Source: Candidatus Iainarchaeum sp.
GTDB taxonomy: Archaea > Iainarchaeota > Iainarchaeia > Iainarchaeales > JAZDDZ01
Length of the DNA: 23,211 nt
Assembly: GCA_043809245.1 (NCBI GenBank)
Contig: JAZDDZ010000020.1
Coordinates: forward strand, 1 to 23,211
Direction: 5' to 3'
Position 1 is the first letter of the stretch, and each line of letters begins with the position of its first letter. Of this stretch, positions 1-8,719 are shown piece by piece. Below the pieces are notes generated by a model. That model was given only the letters and a program-made list of their open reading frames with translations. It had not been told where the DNA came from and did no database searches. The position numbers were made by a program, and so were the translations under genes.

Positions 1-141
1 TCAGAAAAATCATTGGCGGACTACGCCGCGAAACCGGCGCACGAACAATGGAAACAATCACTTCCATGTTCGCCACATGGAAACAACAAGGCAAACCCCT
101 CTACCCAACCCTCAAAAAAGCCATAAGCGGTTAGCACTTAC
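1..141 (+). mobile_element. Right end of an IS66-family insertion sequence (partial), ending in terminal IR ...GGTTAGCACTTAC
   Basis: Contains a transposase C-terminus followed 7 nt after its stop by ...CTTAC, whose reverse complement GTAAG is the typical IS66 terminus. Confidence 0.85.
3..134 (+). CDS. IS66-family transposase, C-terminal fragment (5' part outside window)
   Basis: Hand translation from nt 3 gives RKIIGGLRRETGARTMETITSMFATWKQQGKPLYPTLKKAISG*, matching the RKIxGxxRxxxG...S..ATWxQQG C-terminal pattern of archaeal IS66 (ISBst12/ISH10-like) transposases. Not in the ORF track. Confidence 0.85.
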   Translation, partial: RKIIGGLRRETGARTMETITSMFATWKQQGKPLYPTLKKAISG

Positions 142-189
142 ATGATTTGTGTTTTTTCCCAAGGCGACTCTTTTTCGTTAAGCATAACA

Positions 190-209
190 TTTTTAAGTAG
201 TTAGCTACT
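190..209 (+). promoter_or_regulatory. TATA box (TTTTTAAG, 190-197) and adjacent palindrome AGTAG-TTAG-CTACT (196-209), candidate operator of the rib operon
   Basis: TATA lies about 25 nt before the ATG at 220. The inverted repeat (12/14 self-complementary) sits between TATA and the start codon. Confidence 0.55.
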
Positions 210-219
210 GCTTTTTATC

Positions 220-1364
<1,145 letters not shown>

Positions 1365-1389
1365 TTAATTATTTTTGGAGGTAATGAAA

Positions 1390-1803
1390 ATGAATTTGGG
1401 AATAGTGGTTTCGGAATTCAACTACGACATTTCGCAGATGATGCTGCAGCGCGCAAAAGAGCACGCAAAGTTTCTCGGCGTAAATGTCGGGGAAGTCATT
1501 CAGGTGCCCGGCGCCTTTGACATGCCGCTTGCAGTGAAAAAGCTTTTGGAGGAAAAGGGAATTGACGGGGTTGCAACGCTTGGCGCAATCCTGGAGGGAG
1601 ACACTGACCACGACACCTTGATAGCGCAGCATGCCGCGAGAAAAATAATGGACCTCTCACTGGAGTTTAACAAGCCAGTCGGTTTGGGGATAACGGGTCC
1701 AAAGGTGAACAGGCTTCAGGCACAGGACAGGATAGACGATTACGCGCGGAGAAGCATTGAAACAGTGGTTAAACTGAACCAGAGGCTGAAGGAAAAAAAA
1801 TGA
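1390..1803 (+). CDS. ribH: 6,7-dimethyl-8-ribityllumazine synthase
   Basis: [27 protein letters not shown] and PVGLGITGP motifs. GGAGGT at 1377-1382 favours ATG 1390 (or 1384) over the TTG at 1375. Confidence 0.93.
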   Translation: MNLGIVVSEFNYDISQMMLQRAKEHAKFLGVNVGEVIQVPGAFDMPLAVKKLLEEKGIDGVATLGAILEGDTDHDTLIAQHAARKIMDLSLEFNKPVGLGITGPKVNRLQAQDRIDDYARRSIETVVKLNQRLKEKK

Positions 1804-1815
1804 CCCTGTTTTTTT
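1793..1815. terminator. Convergent oligo-T terminator region between ribH and the antiporter
   Basis: T7 at 1809-1815 on + just after the ribH stop, and A8 at 1793-1800 (T8 on -) just after the antiporter stop. Confidence 0.45.
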
Positions 1816-1817
1816 GG

Positions 1818-2792
1818 CTAAAAAGTGCCAGTGAACTGCGATAAAATGAAAATACAGTAAACAACGACAAACAGCAGGCCCATGTTTCTGGTTATTTTTC
1901 CAAGCCTGCTCAGCACAAGCCAGAGGAACAGCTGTGTGCAAACCAATAGGATGACCGGACTCCCTATCACGTCAAAGGCCGTGGGAACCGAGGTTAGCGC
2001 AGCGCCAGTGCCAAGGACAAGGGTAAGGTTTACAACACTGCTCCCCAATATTTCACCCAATGCAATGCTTTTGTGTTTTTTCAGCATCGCGCTTATCCCT
2101 ATTGCCAGCTCTGGAATGCTTGTGCCCAAAGCGATTATTGTGAGGCCAATTATTGTCTGGTTTATTCCAAGGCTAATTGAAATGTTTACCGCGGAGCCAA
2201 CCAGAAAATTGCTTGAAACAACCACTACTACGATTCCGGCAGCAAAGAAACAAAATGTTTTAATCATTTCAAGCGAAACCGAAAGCCATTTCACCCCTTT
2301 GGAGGATTCTGTTTTCAATTCCTTTCCTTTTACGTCTATTTCAGGGGAAACGCCTGTTCTTACCATGAGAAAAGCATAAACAAAAAACATTACAATTAGG
2401 AGGCCGCCTGCAAGACCGCTTATTTCCTGCCTTTGCAGGAGCACAAGGGGAATAAGGCTCACAATGAAGAGAATCTGCGCGTTATCCACTATCTCCTTTG
2501 AATCCACGAAAATGGTTGCAATCACTGCAGTCAAACCCAAAACCAGGAGCGTGTTAGTGATGTTAGAGCCAATCACGTTTCCAATGATTATTCCGCCGTC
2601 TCCGTTCAGGCCAGCAACAATCGAGACAAATAGTTCCGGCAAAGAGGTTGCAACTGCTATCAAAATGAATCCAATTGCAAATTCCCCTATTCCAAGCATG
2701 CGTGAAAGGCTGACGCTTGACTTGAGCACTGTGTGGCTTGCCTTTGCAAGGAAAACAAGCGAAACAAGGAAAACTGCAACATCCAGCAACAT
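1818..2792 (-). CDS. Ca2+/Na+ antiporter (CaCA superfamily, YrbG-like)
   Basis: About 10 hydrophobic segments with two alpha-repeats: ATSLPE...GNVIGSNITN and GTSIPE...GEILGSSVVN. Start moved to ATG 2792 (GAGG upstream) to avoid overlap with pdhC. Confidence 0.9.
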   Translation of the reverse strand: MLLDVAVFLVSLVFLAKASHTVLKSSVSLSRMLGIGEFAIGFILIAVATSLPELFVSIVAGLNGDGGIIIGNVIGSNITNTLLVLGLTAVIATIFVDSKEIVDNAQILFIVSLIPLVLLQRQEISGLAGGLLIVMFFVYAFLMVRTGVSPEIDVKGKELKTESSKGVKWLSVSLEMIKTFCFFAAGIVVVVVSSNFLVGSAVNISISLGINQTIIGLTIIALGTSIPELAIGISAMLKKHKSIALGEILGSSVVNLTLVLGTGAALTSVPTAFDVIGSPVILLVCTQLFLWLVLSRLGKITRNMGLLFVVVYCIFILSQFTGTF

Positions 2793-2808
2793 TTCATCTG
2801 CCTCTTCA

Positions 2809-4113
2809 TCAGCTGATGTCAATCAGCAAAAGATTCGGGTCTTCAAGGTGCCGAACCAAGTCCTTCATGAACTGCGCTGCCTGTGCTCCGTCAACTACTC
2901 TATGGTCAAATGACAAACTGAGCGGCAGAATTTTTCTCACTTCCACTTTTCCGGCCTTAACCGCTGCGCGCTCCGTTATTCTCCCCACTCCAAGGATTGC
3001 GATTTCAGGAAAATTTATTATCGGCACGCCGAATGTTCCGCCAATGCTTCCATAATTTGTTATAGTGAAAGTGGAGTCCTGCATTTCTTCAATTGAAATG
3101 CTCCTGTCCCTTGCCTTCTGGCCTAAAACCTCTATTTCATGCCCTATTTCAAGAATGCTTTTTTCCTCAGCCTTCCTTATAACTGGCACCATCAATCCAT
3201 GCGGAGTGTCAATCGCCACGCCTATGTTGTAATAGCTTTTCGTGAGCACTTCTTTTTTTTCCTCGTCAAAAGTTGCATTGAAATAAGGGTTCAGCCTTAA
3301 CGCCGCAATCGCCGCCCTCACAATGAATGGCAGGAAAGTCAAATGGATTCCCTTGGAATCCGCGAACTCTTTTTCCTTTTCCCTTACAGCCCACAAATCA
3401 GTTACATCCGCTTCATCCATTTCAACCGCGTGAGGCTTTGTGCTCCAGCTTTTCGCCATTCTCTCAGCAATCGTCCTGCGCGTCATTGTCAAGGGAATAC
3501 GCAAAAACTTTCCGTACTTGTCAAAGGAAGCGACTGTCTCCATTTTGTAGGGCGCTTTCTTTCCCGCTTCCCCTGCGGCTTGAACCTTTTCTTGCGCTTC
3601 GGTTTTCTTCTCCTCAATGTGCGGCGAAAAAACTTTTAAGTCCTTTTCAAGAACCTGCCCATGCAATCCGCTGCCATTAATTTTTTTTAAGTCAACCCCC
3701 AGATTTTTCGCAAGCCTTCTCACTGCAGGTGTTGCAAGAACCTTTCCGCTTATCTCATGTTCTGCGGTTTTCCTTGGAGGAGCCTCCTCCAGCACTCCCA
3801 CAACCGAGGAAGTGTAGCGTTCCGCTGCCTTGCTTTCCGCTGGCTGCTTTGCATGCGCCTTCTCGCCTTCCTCTGCAATGGACACAAGCACCTGCCCTAC
3901 CTTGATTATTTGCCCTTCCCCTGCGTTTAGCCCTGCAATTGTTCCCGCTCTCGGTGACGGAAGCTCCACAACCGCTTTCGCTGTCTCAATTTCTGCAATC
4001 GGCTGGTCTGCCTTGACCCTATCGCCTTCCTTCACAAGCCATTTGACCAACTGCCCCTCAGTGATTCCCTCGCCGACATCAGGAAAACGGAATTCAAAAA
4101 CCAAATCAACCAC
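2809..4113 (-). CDS. pdhC: Dihydrolipoamide acyltransferase (E2) of a pyruvate/2-oxoacid dehydrogenase complex
   Basis: Lipoyl domain (PDVGEGITEG...ETAKA), E1/E3-binding domain (ATPAVRRLAKNLGVDL) and catalytic DHRVVDG. Confidence 0.93.
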   Translation of the reverse strand: MVDLVFEFRFPDVGEGITEGQLVKWLVKEGDRVKADQPIAEIETAKAVVELPSPRAGTIAGLNAGEGQIIKVGQVLVSIAEEGEKAHAKQPAESKAAERYTSSVVGVLEEAPPRKTAEHEISGKVLATPAVRRLAKNLGVDLKKINGSGLHGQVLEKDLKVFSPHIEEKKTEAQEKVQAAGEAGKKAPYKMETVASFDKYGKFLRIPLTMTRRTIAERMAKSWSTKPHAVEMDEADVTDLWAVREKEKEFADSKGIHLTFLPFIVRAAIAALRLNPYFNATFDEEKKEVLTKSYYNIGVAIDTPHGLMVPVIRKAEEKSILEIGHEIEVLGQKARDRSISIEEMQDSTFTITNYGSIGGTFGVPIINFPEIAILGVGRITERAAVKAGKVEVRKILPLSLSFDHRVVDGAQAAQFMKDLVRHLEDPNLLLIDIS

Positions 4114-4135
4114 TCAATAAAAAAACGCTTTTTGT

Positions 4136-4150
4136 GCTTAAAACACTTTC
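4136..4150 (-). promoter_or_regulatory. BRE/TATA promoter of pdhC
   Basis: Minus strand reads GAAAGTG-TTTTAAGC, with the TATA about 25-30 nt upstream of the GTG at 4113. Confidence 0.55.
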
Positions 4151-4184
4151 GGCGTTTGGCTTTAACCGCGTAAAAGGTTTTATT

Positions 4185-4192
4185 AAAAAAAA
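4185..4192 (-). terminator. Oligo-T terminator of surface protein A
   Basis: T8 on the minus strand 11 nt after the stop at 4204. Confidence 0.45.
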
Positions 4193-4203
4193 GCAAGCCC
4201 GGG

Positions 4204-7200
4204 CTAGGAAGTGAACTGCAGCAATCCTGCTGCGCTGCTGTTTGCGGTTTTGTTTTGTGTTGTTCCTGTTGTCGTGTTCTCTATTTTTATTTCGTATGCC
4301 TTGCTTGCCTGCAAGCCGTTCACTGCGTGGTTCACTGGGCTTGTCGCATTATACTGGTAAATCAGATTCTGCTGTGTGCAGGAATTGATTGTTCCCCCTG
4401 CAATTGAAATCGTGCAGGGTGTTGCAATGTTGACTGTGCATTGCAGCGCGGGTGTGCAGCTTGTTGTTTGCCAGGAACCGTTGCAGCAGTATCCTGAGTT
4501 AACTATTCCTGTGCATAAATTGTTTGTTGCATTGCAGTCCGGGTTTGGCGTGCTTGTTCCACAGTAGCAGATGCCTACATTTTCAGGGGTGATTTGGGTT
4601 CCGTTTGGGCAGGGCTCAGGGCCAATGTAGGCGGAAGAAACAACGTAATCATCAAGCCAAATCTGCTTTTCTTCAGGTGGAAGCCATGGCACGCCGGAAG
4701 AGCCGGGCTGGTTTGTATAAATTATATTGTCCAGCAGATTTATGGCATTAATTCCCAAAGAATTAGTTCTAAAAGTTATATTTTCTTCATCCATTACTTT
4801 TTTTCCGTCAATCCATGCTCTTGCAATTCCATTATCTAATCCAGGCGTGTTTAACTTAACATAATTCTCAATCAAAATCCACTTTCCTGGCCCATAATCA
4901 TACCATGAAACTTCGGGCCTTGAATATGGGGCTTCAGAAGGGGTTACTTCCCATGCATAAGCCATTCGCCCCCACAACCAAGCGGGAATAATGTATGCGC
5001 TGCCACTAGCAGGCAAAGTTGCCTGGCAAGCCTGGTCCCCAAGGGCTTTGATTCTGGCTAGTTTTTGCCCGTTTTGGTTTGGCCACCAGCTCCAAGTGGG
5101 GTCGTATTTCAAATACCACCTTAAATAAAGCTCATCATATCCTGCGCCAGGAAACTTGCTATCTAGTTTTCCGCCACCAGGAGCAACTCTGGATTCAACA
5201 TTAGATACTAGTGAATTACTGTTTAATCTTCCTCCGTAGTTCAGCACCTCTATTTCCGGCTCCCCATAAGTATCAAACTCTGTAAACCCACACCACTCAG
5301 GCTTGTCAGCGGGCCTGCACAAGGAAAAGTTATCCCCTGGAGCGCACAACACATCCAGCCTGTTATCTTCATCATGCCATCCCTCAAAATCGTCTTGGAA
5401 AATCACTCCCTCGCCCGGTGTGGAACAGCTCTGCGTTTCAGCCGGCTTGTAAACGGTTGTTCCGCATCCAGCTGAATCAGTGCAGGTTCTTGTCTGCGTT
5501 CCTCCAGAGCAGGCGCTCCATGCTCCGCAGCTCCATTGCTCTGTACAAGTTGTTCCTGTTCCTGGAATTTCTATTCCGTTTATTATGCATCCCCCTGTAC
5601 CGCAATTGGAGAAGCCGACTGTCAGTTGCCCGTCGTTTACATTTGTATTAAAGGTTTGTGTTGATTTTGTTCCAGCGGATAATTGTAGGTTGTTTATCAC
5701 TTGTGTTCCTTCAATGGATAGGTTCATTCCGTTGTGACTGAATACAGAGTCATAAAAGTGCAGTGTGACTGCGTATGCTCCGTTTGGCACGTCTACTAAA
5801 AAGTTTTTTGTAACAGTTGTTTGGTGTAAATCGCGTTCCATATCGCTTCCTGTTCCCCTGTCTCTTGTTTGCACGCTTGACGTGTTTTCCCACCCATAAC
5901 CTGTTGACGGGGAGTATGCTGTGAGCGAATAGTTTGTCCATCCCGCCATTGTTGGTGAGCTGCCTGTTCCGAAATCAATTTTTTCAAAGCCTGTTCCCTG
6001 CTGGCAGTTTGGAGCTATTGAGCAGCTTCCTGTGTCACTGCAGTTGATTAAACCATCGCAGTCTTCATCCAAGTTTCCAACGTCATCGCACACCTCATTT
6101 CCTGCCTGCTGGTTTTGTACGCACGAACCCCATGTTTGGTTGGAGCAGGTTTGTGTTCCGGCTGAACAAATTCCCTGCAAATCTGTTGAACAGCTTTGCG
6201 TTGCCCCATTAGTGCAATTGGAGGAAGGGCTCCATATTCCGTTGTTGCAGTATCCTGAGTCAACTATTCCTGTGCAGGCGGAAGGATTGGGTGTAATGCA
6301 GTCTCCTGCTTCGCTGCCGGATAGACAGGCGTTTGTGTTGGTTGCACAATTTGGGTTTGGTTGTGTTGGACCGCAGTAGCATACTCCTATGTTTTCAGGG
6401 GTTATTTGTATTCCGTTTGGGCATGGGCTTGGGCCTAAATAGTTTGTGGTGATTTTGAAGTCATCAAACCATATTTGTTTTTCTTCTGGCGGGAACCAGG
6501 GAACTCCAGGAGTTCCTCCCTCATAATCGTTGAGGTAAATTATGTTGTCGCCTAAGACTAGGGAGTTGATTTTTCCTTCGTTTGTTCTGATGATATAGTT
6601 TTCCTTGTGTAGGACTTTTTTGCCGTTAATCCATGTGCTGGCGATTCCGTTGTTTTGATCTAGGTCGTCCAGTTTTAGGTAGATTTCCAGGTATATCCAT
6701 TTTCCCGGGCCGTAATCGCCCCAGTATGCTTCCGGGTTGGAATAAACCGTGCTGAATGGCGCTCTATCGCGGGTATTCGCAATATGGTAAACGTTTCTGC
6801 TCCACTGCCAACTTGGTATAAGGTAAACATTGCCGTAATCCGGCAGAACACCCGCTCCGCTTCCTTCAGGGAGTGACATTATCCTCATCAGTTTATGCGT
6901 GGTTTGGTTTGGCCACCAACTCCATGTTTCATCATACTTCATGTACCAACTAAAATAAACTTCCTGGGGCAAACTCATATAGTATTTATTTATTCCGCCT
7001 CCTGGCTGGACTCGACTTTCAATGTTTGCAACCATGCTTCCAGAGTTATTACGCCCGCCCGAGGTTATAACCTGCTGGTCCGGCAACCCATACAAACTGT
7101 ACATGTGGCTAGCCTGCCAATTCCCATTAGAGGAAGTGCTGATTGTTGACGTGCTCCCATTCCAAACCACGTTTGGGTCGCTTGGAACAACGTCTGACCA

Positions 7201-7290
7201 ATTGTCAAAGTTATCCTGAAAGATGATTCCCGCACTCGCTGATACGGAAATCAATAACAGCAGTAATGCCAGTAACAATGCCTTTTTCAT
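4204..7290 (-). CDS. Secreted multidomain surface protein A (1028 aa): signal peptide, jelly-roll polysaccharide-lyase/lectin-like domain, Cys-rich linker, malectin/galactose-binding-like domain, TSP1-like repeat, second jelly-roll domain, conserved C-terminal domain
   Basis: Signal MKKALLLALLLLLISVSASA. Duplicated domain with YF.WY.KYD, KL.RI, GKWI.LE.Y.KL, NG...WI(N/D)GKKV and IW(F/L)DD. KIDFG...GYGW...VDVPNGAYAVTLHF sandwich. WSCGAWSACSGGTQTRTC TSP1-like. Domain names are by motif resemblance, not a search. Confidence 0.8.
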   Translation of the reverse strand: MKKALLLALLLLLISVSASAGIIFQDNFDNWSDVVPSDPNVVWNGSTSTISTSSNGNWQASHMYSLYGLPDQQVITSGGRNNSGSMVANIESRVQPGGGINKYYMSLPQEVYFSWYMKYDETWSWWPNQTTHKLMRIMSLPEGSGAGVLPDYGNVYLIPSWQWSRNVYHIANTRDRAPFSTVYSNPEAYWGDYGPGKWIYLEIYLKLDDLDQNNGIASTWINGKKVLHKENYIIRTNEGKINSLVLGDNIIYLNDYEGGTPGVPWFPPEEKQIWFDDFKITTNYLGPSPCPNGIQITPENIGVCYCGPTQPNPNCATNTNACLSGSEAGDCITPNPSACTGIVDSGYCNNGIWSPSSNCTNGATQSCSTDLQGICSAGTQTCSNQTWGSCVQNQQAGNEVCDDVGNLDEDCDGLINCSDTGSCSIAPNCQQGTGFEKIDFGTGSSPTMAGWTNYSLTAYSPSTGYGWENTSSVQTRDRGTGSDMERDLHQTTVTKNFLVDVPNGAYAVTLHFYDSVFSHNGMNLSIEGTQVINNLQLSAGTKSTQTFNTNVNDGQLTVGFSNCGTGGCIINGIEIPGTGTTCTEQWSCGAWSACSGGTQTRTCTDSAGCGTTVYKPAETQSCSTPGEGVIFQDDFEGWHDEDNRLDVLCAPGDNFSLCRPADKPEWCGFTEFDTYGEPEIEVLNYGGRLNSNSLVSNVESRVAPGGGKLDSKFPGAGYDELYLRWYLKYDPTWSWWPNQNGQKLARIKALGDQACQATLPASGSAYIIPAWLWGRMAYAWEVTPSEAPYSRPEVSWYDYGPGKWILIENYVKLNTPGLDNGIARAWIDGKKVMDEENITFRTNSLGINAINLLDNIIYTNQPGSSGVPWLPPEEKQIWLDDYVVSSAYIGPEPCPNGTQITPENVGICYCGTSTPNPDCNATNNLCTGIVNSGYCCNGSWQTTSCTPALQCTVNIATPCTISIAGGTINSCTQQNLIYQYNATSPVNHAVNGLQASKAYEIKIENTTTGTTQNKTANSSAAGLLQFTS
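4265..4443 (+). repeat. 179-bp direct repeat, copy 1 (3' part of gene A)
   Basis: Matches 8781-8959 with a single mismatch (4396 C vs 8912 G). Offset 4516 bp. Confidence 0.95.
6315..6360 (+). repeat. 46-bp exact repeat shared by genes A and B (other copy 10501-10546)
   Basis: TGCCGGATAGACAGGCGTTTGTGTTGGTTGCACAATTTGGGTTTGG at both positions, encoding PNPNCATNTNACLSG. Confidence 0.9.
6911..6948 (+). repeat. 38-bp exact repeat shared by genes A and B (other copy 11094-11131)
   Basis: GGCCACCAACTCCATGTTTCATCATACTTCATGTACCA at both positions, encoding WYMKYDETWSWWP. A related 29-bp exact block occurs at 5066-5094 and 9624-9652. Confidence 0.9.
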
Positions 7291-7305
7291 CGCTAATAAT
7301 TAGCG
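7291..7305. promoter_or_regulatory. Palindrome CGCTAAT-A-ATTAGCG abutting the start codon of gene A
   Basis: Perfect 7-bp arms. AGGTGA (SD-like) lies just upstream on the minus strand at 7309-7314. Confidence 0.5.
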
Positions 7306-7326
7306 CTTTCACCTATTTATGTTTAA

Positions 7327-8619
7327 CTATTTGTTTTCTTCCAGCAGCCATTTCCAGAGGGGAATGTATTGTATTGTTTTTTTGCCGGTTTTTTCTTCTT
7401 TTTCCATGCGGTCTGTTATTATTGTGCCCTTTTTTAGCCTGAATGCATTCATTGCTTCAAGCAGCCCTTTTGTTTCCCTTTCATTGTTTTCTTTTATTTG
7501 GTAGGCTACTTGAATTGCTTGAACTATTTTTTTGCCTTCCTTTATTATGAAGTCGCATTCGTTTTTGTTTTTATAGTAGAATATTTCTTTTCCTTTTTGA
7601 AAAAGCGAGAGAAATACCGCGTTTTCGTACAGCCTGCCAATGTTTTCGCTGAACCTGAATCCGGCCATGTTAATCAATCCCGCGTCAATGCAGTAAACTT
7701 TTTTCGGGTTTACCTGCTGTTCCTTTAGGGAGAAAGAGAATTTTGGGACAAAAAATGCAAGGAATGCCTGTTCAAAGTATTCCGAGAATCTTTCAACACT
7801 GTCCAAGCTTAACCCAATTGTCTCGGCATTTTTCCTGAATGAAACAGGGCATGCAAAGGAGGTTAAATATTGTTTTGCGAGCGCTTTTAGTTTTTGGGGT
7901 TTTCTTATTTTGTGCCTTTCGGCTATGTCCCGGGTTATAATGTCATCAAAGTATCTTGAGATTAGCTCTTGTTTTTCTTCTTTGAGAACAACTAATGGGA
8001 AGCCGCCGAATTCAAGGTACTCCCTTAGCAACTGCTTTATCCTGGTTTTTTGTGAAACCAAGTCAAGCCTTCGCCCTATCTTTAATTGCCTGAATTCAAG
8101 AAACTCTTGAAAGCTTAAGGGATAAACAAGCAGCTGAACCCATCTGCCTGTCAGAAGCGTTCCAAGTTCTTTGCCTAAAAGCTTTGACGAAGAATCAGAA
8201 ACAATTACATTGGCTTCCTTTTTTTCGTGTAATCCCCTTGCGAACTGCTCCCATTTCGGCGCGTTATGGACTTCATCCAGCAAAACAAACGGCTTTCCCT
8301 TTGGCTTGACAATTTCGAGGTAAGCGTCATAAATTTGTTGCAAAAACTCCAATGAAACCAGCCCTACAAACCTCGGCTCCTCAAGATTAACGTACAGAAA
8401 AGATTCGCTGCTTTCCCCGGAATTAACGCGTTTTTTAATGAACTGCTTCATTAAAGTTGATTTGCCGCTCCTCCTTACGCCCGCGATTGCCACAATCTGG
8501 TCTGTTTCAACCAGCGCTTCAAGCCTGTCCAGGTATTTCTCCCTGAAAACCCCGGAATCGGGCTGTTTGGTCCAAAAATTCCAGCTGTCCAAAACCCCAA
8601 TTATTTCCTCGTTGTTCAT
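7327..8619 (-). CDS. AAA+ ATPase (AAA_14 + DUF4143 family)
   Basis: Walker A GVRRSGKS, Walker B VLLDEVH, FGGFP, PKKVYCIDAG, ENAVF and a C-terminal ECDFII...IQV (PD-(D/E)xK-like) segment. Confidence 0.9.
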   Translation of the reverse strand: MNNEEIIGVLDSWNFWTKQPDSGVFREKYLDRLEALVETDQIVAIAGVRRSGKSTLMKQFIKKRVNSGESSESFLYVNLEEPRFVGLVSLEFLQQIYDAYLEIVKPKGKPFVLLDEVHNAPKWEQFARGLHEKKEANVIVSDSSSKLLGKELGTLLTGRWVQLLVYPLSFQEFLEFRQLKIGRRLDLVSQKTRIKQLLREYLEFGGFPLVVLKEEKQELISRYFDDIITRDIAERHKIRKPQKLKALAKQYLTSFACPVSFRKNAETIGLSLDSVERFSEYFEQAFLAFFVPKFSFSLKEQQVNPKKVYCIDAGLINMAGFRFSENIGRLYENAVFLSLFQKGKEIFYYKNKNECDFIIKEGKKIVQAIQVAYQIKENNERETKGLLEAMNAFRLKKGTIITDRMEKEEKTGKKTIQYIPLWKWLLEENK

Positions 8620-8640
8620 GCAAAAATAGGGTGCTTAAAA

Positions 8641-8716
8641 CAATATAAATGTATCGGTCACTTTTTAGTAATTTTTTACTAATATATCGGTCACTATTAA
8701 CGCTTAAAAATAGCGT
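8641..8716 (-). promoter_or_regulatory. ATPase promoter region with direct and inverted repeats
   Basis: TTTATATTG TATA on - (8641-8649). AATRTATCGGTCACTWTT twice (8648-8665, 8681-8698). Palindromes TTAGTAA-TTTT-TTACTAA (8665-8682) and ACGCT-N7-AGCGT (8700-8716). Confidence 0.65.
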
Positions 8717-8719
8717 GTT

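Noticed and set aside
142-219. FMN riboswitch upstream of the rib operon
   Set aside because: The region is only 78 nt, lacks RFN motifs, and the TATA position implies a leaderless transcript.
8648-8698. Mini-CRISPR array
   Set aside because: Only two 18-nt imperfect repeats with a 15-nt gap, and no cas genes.
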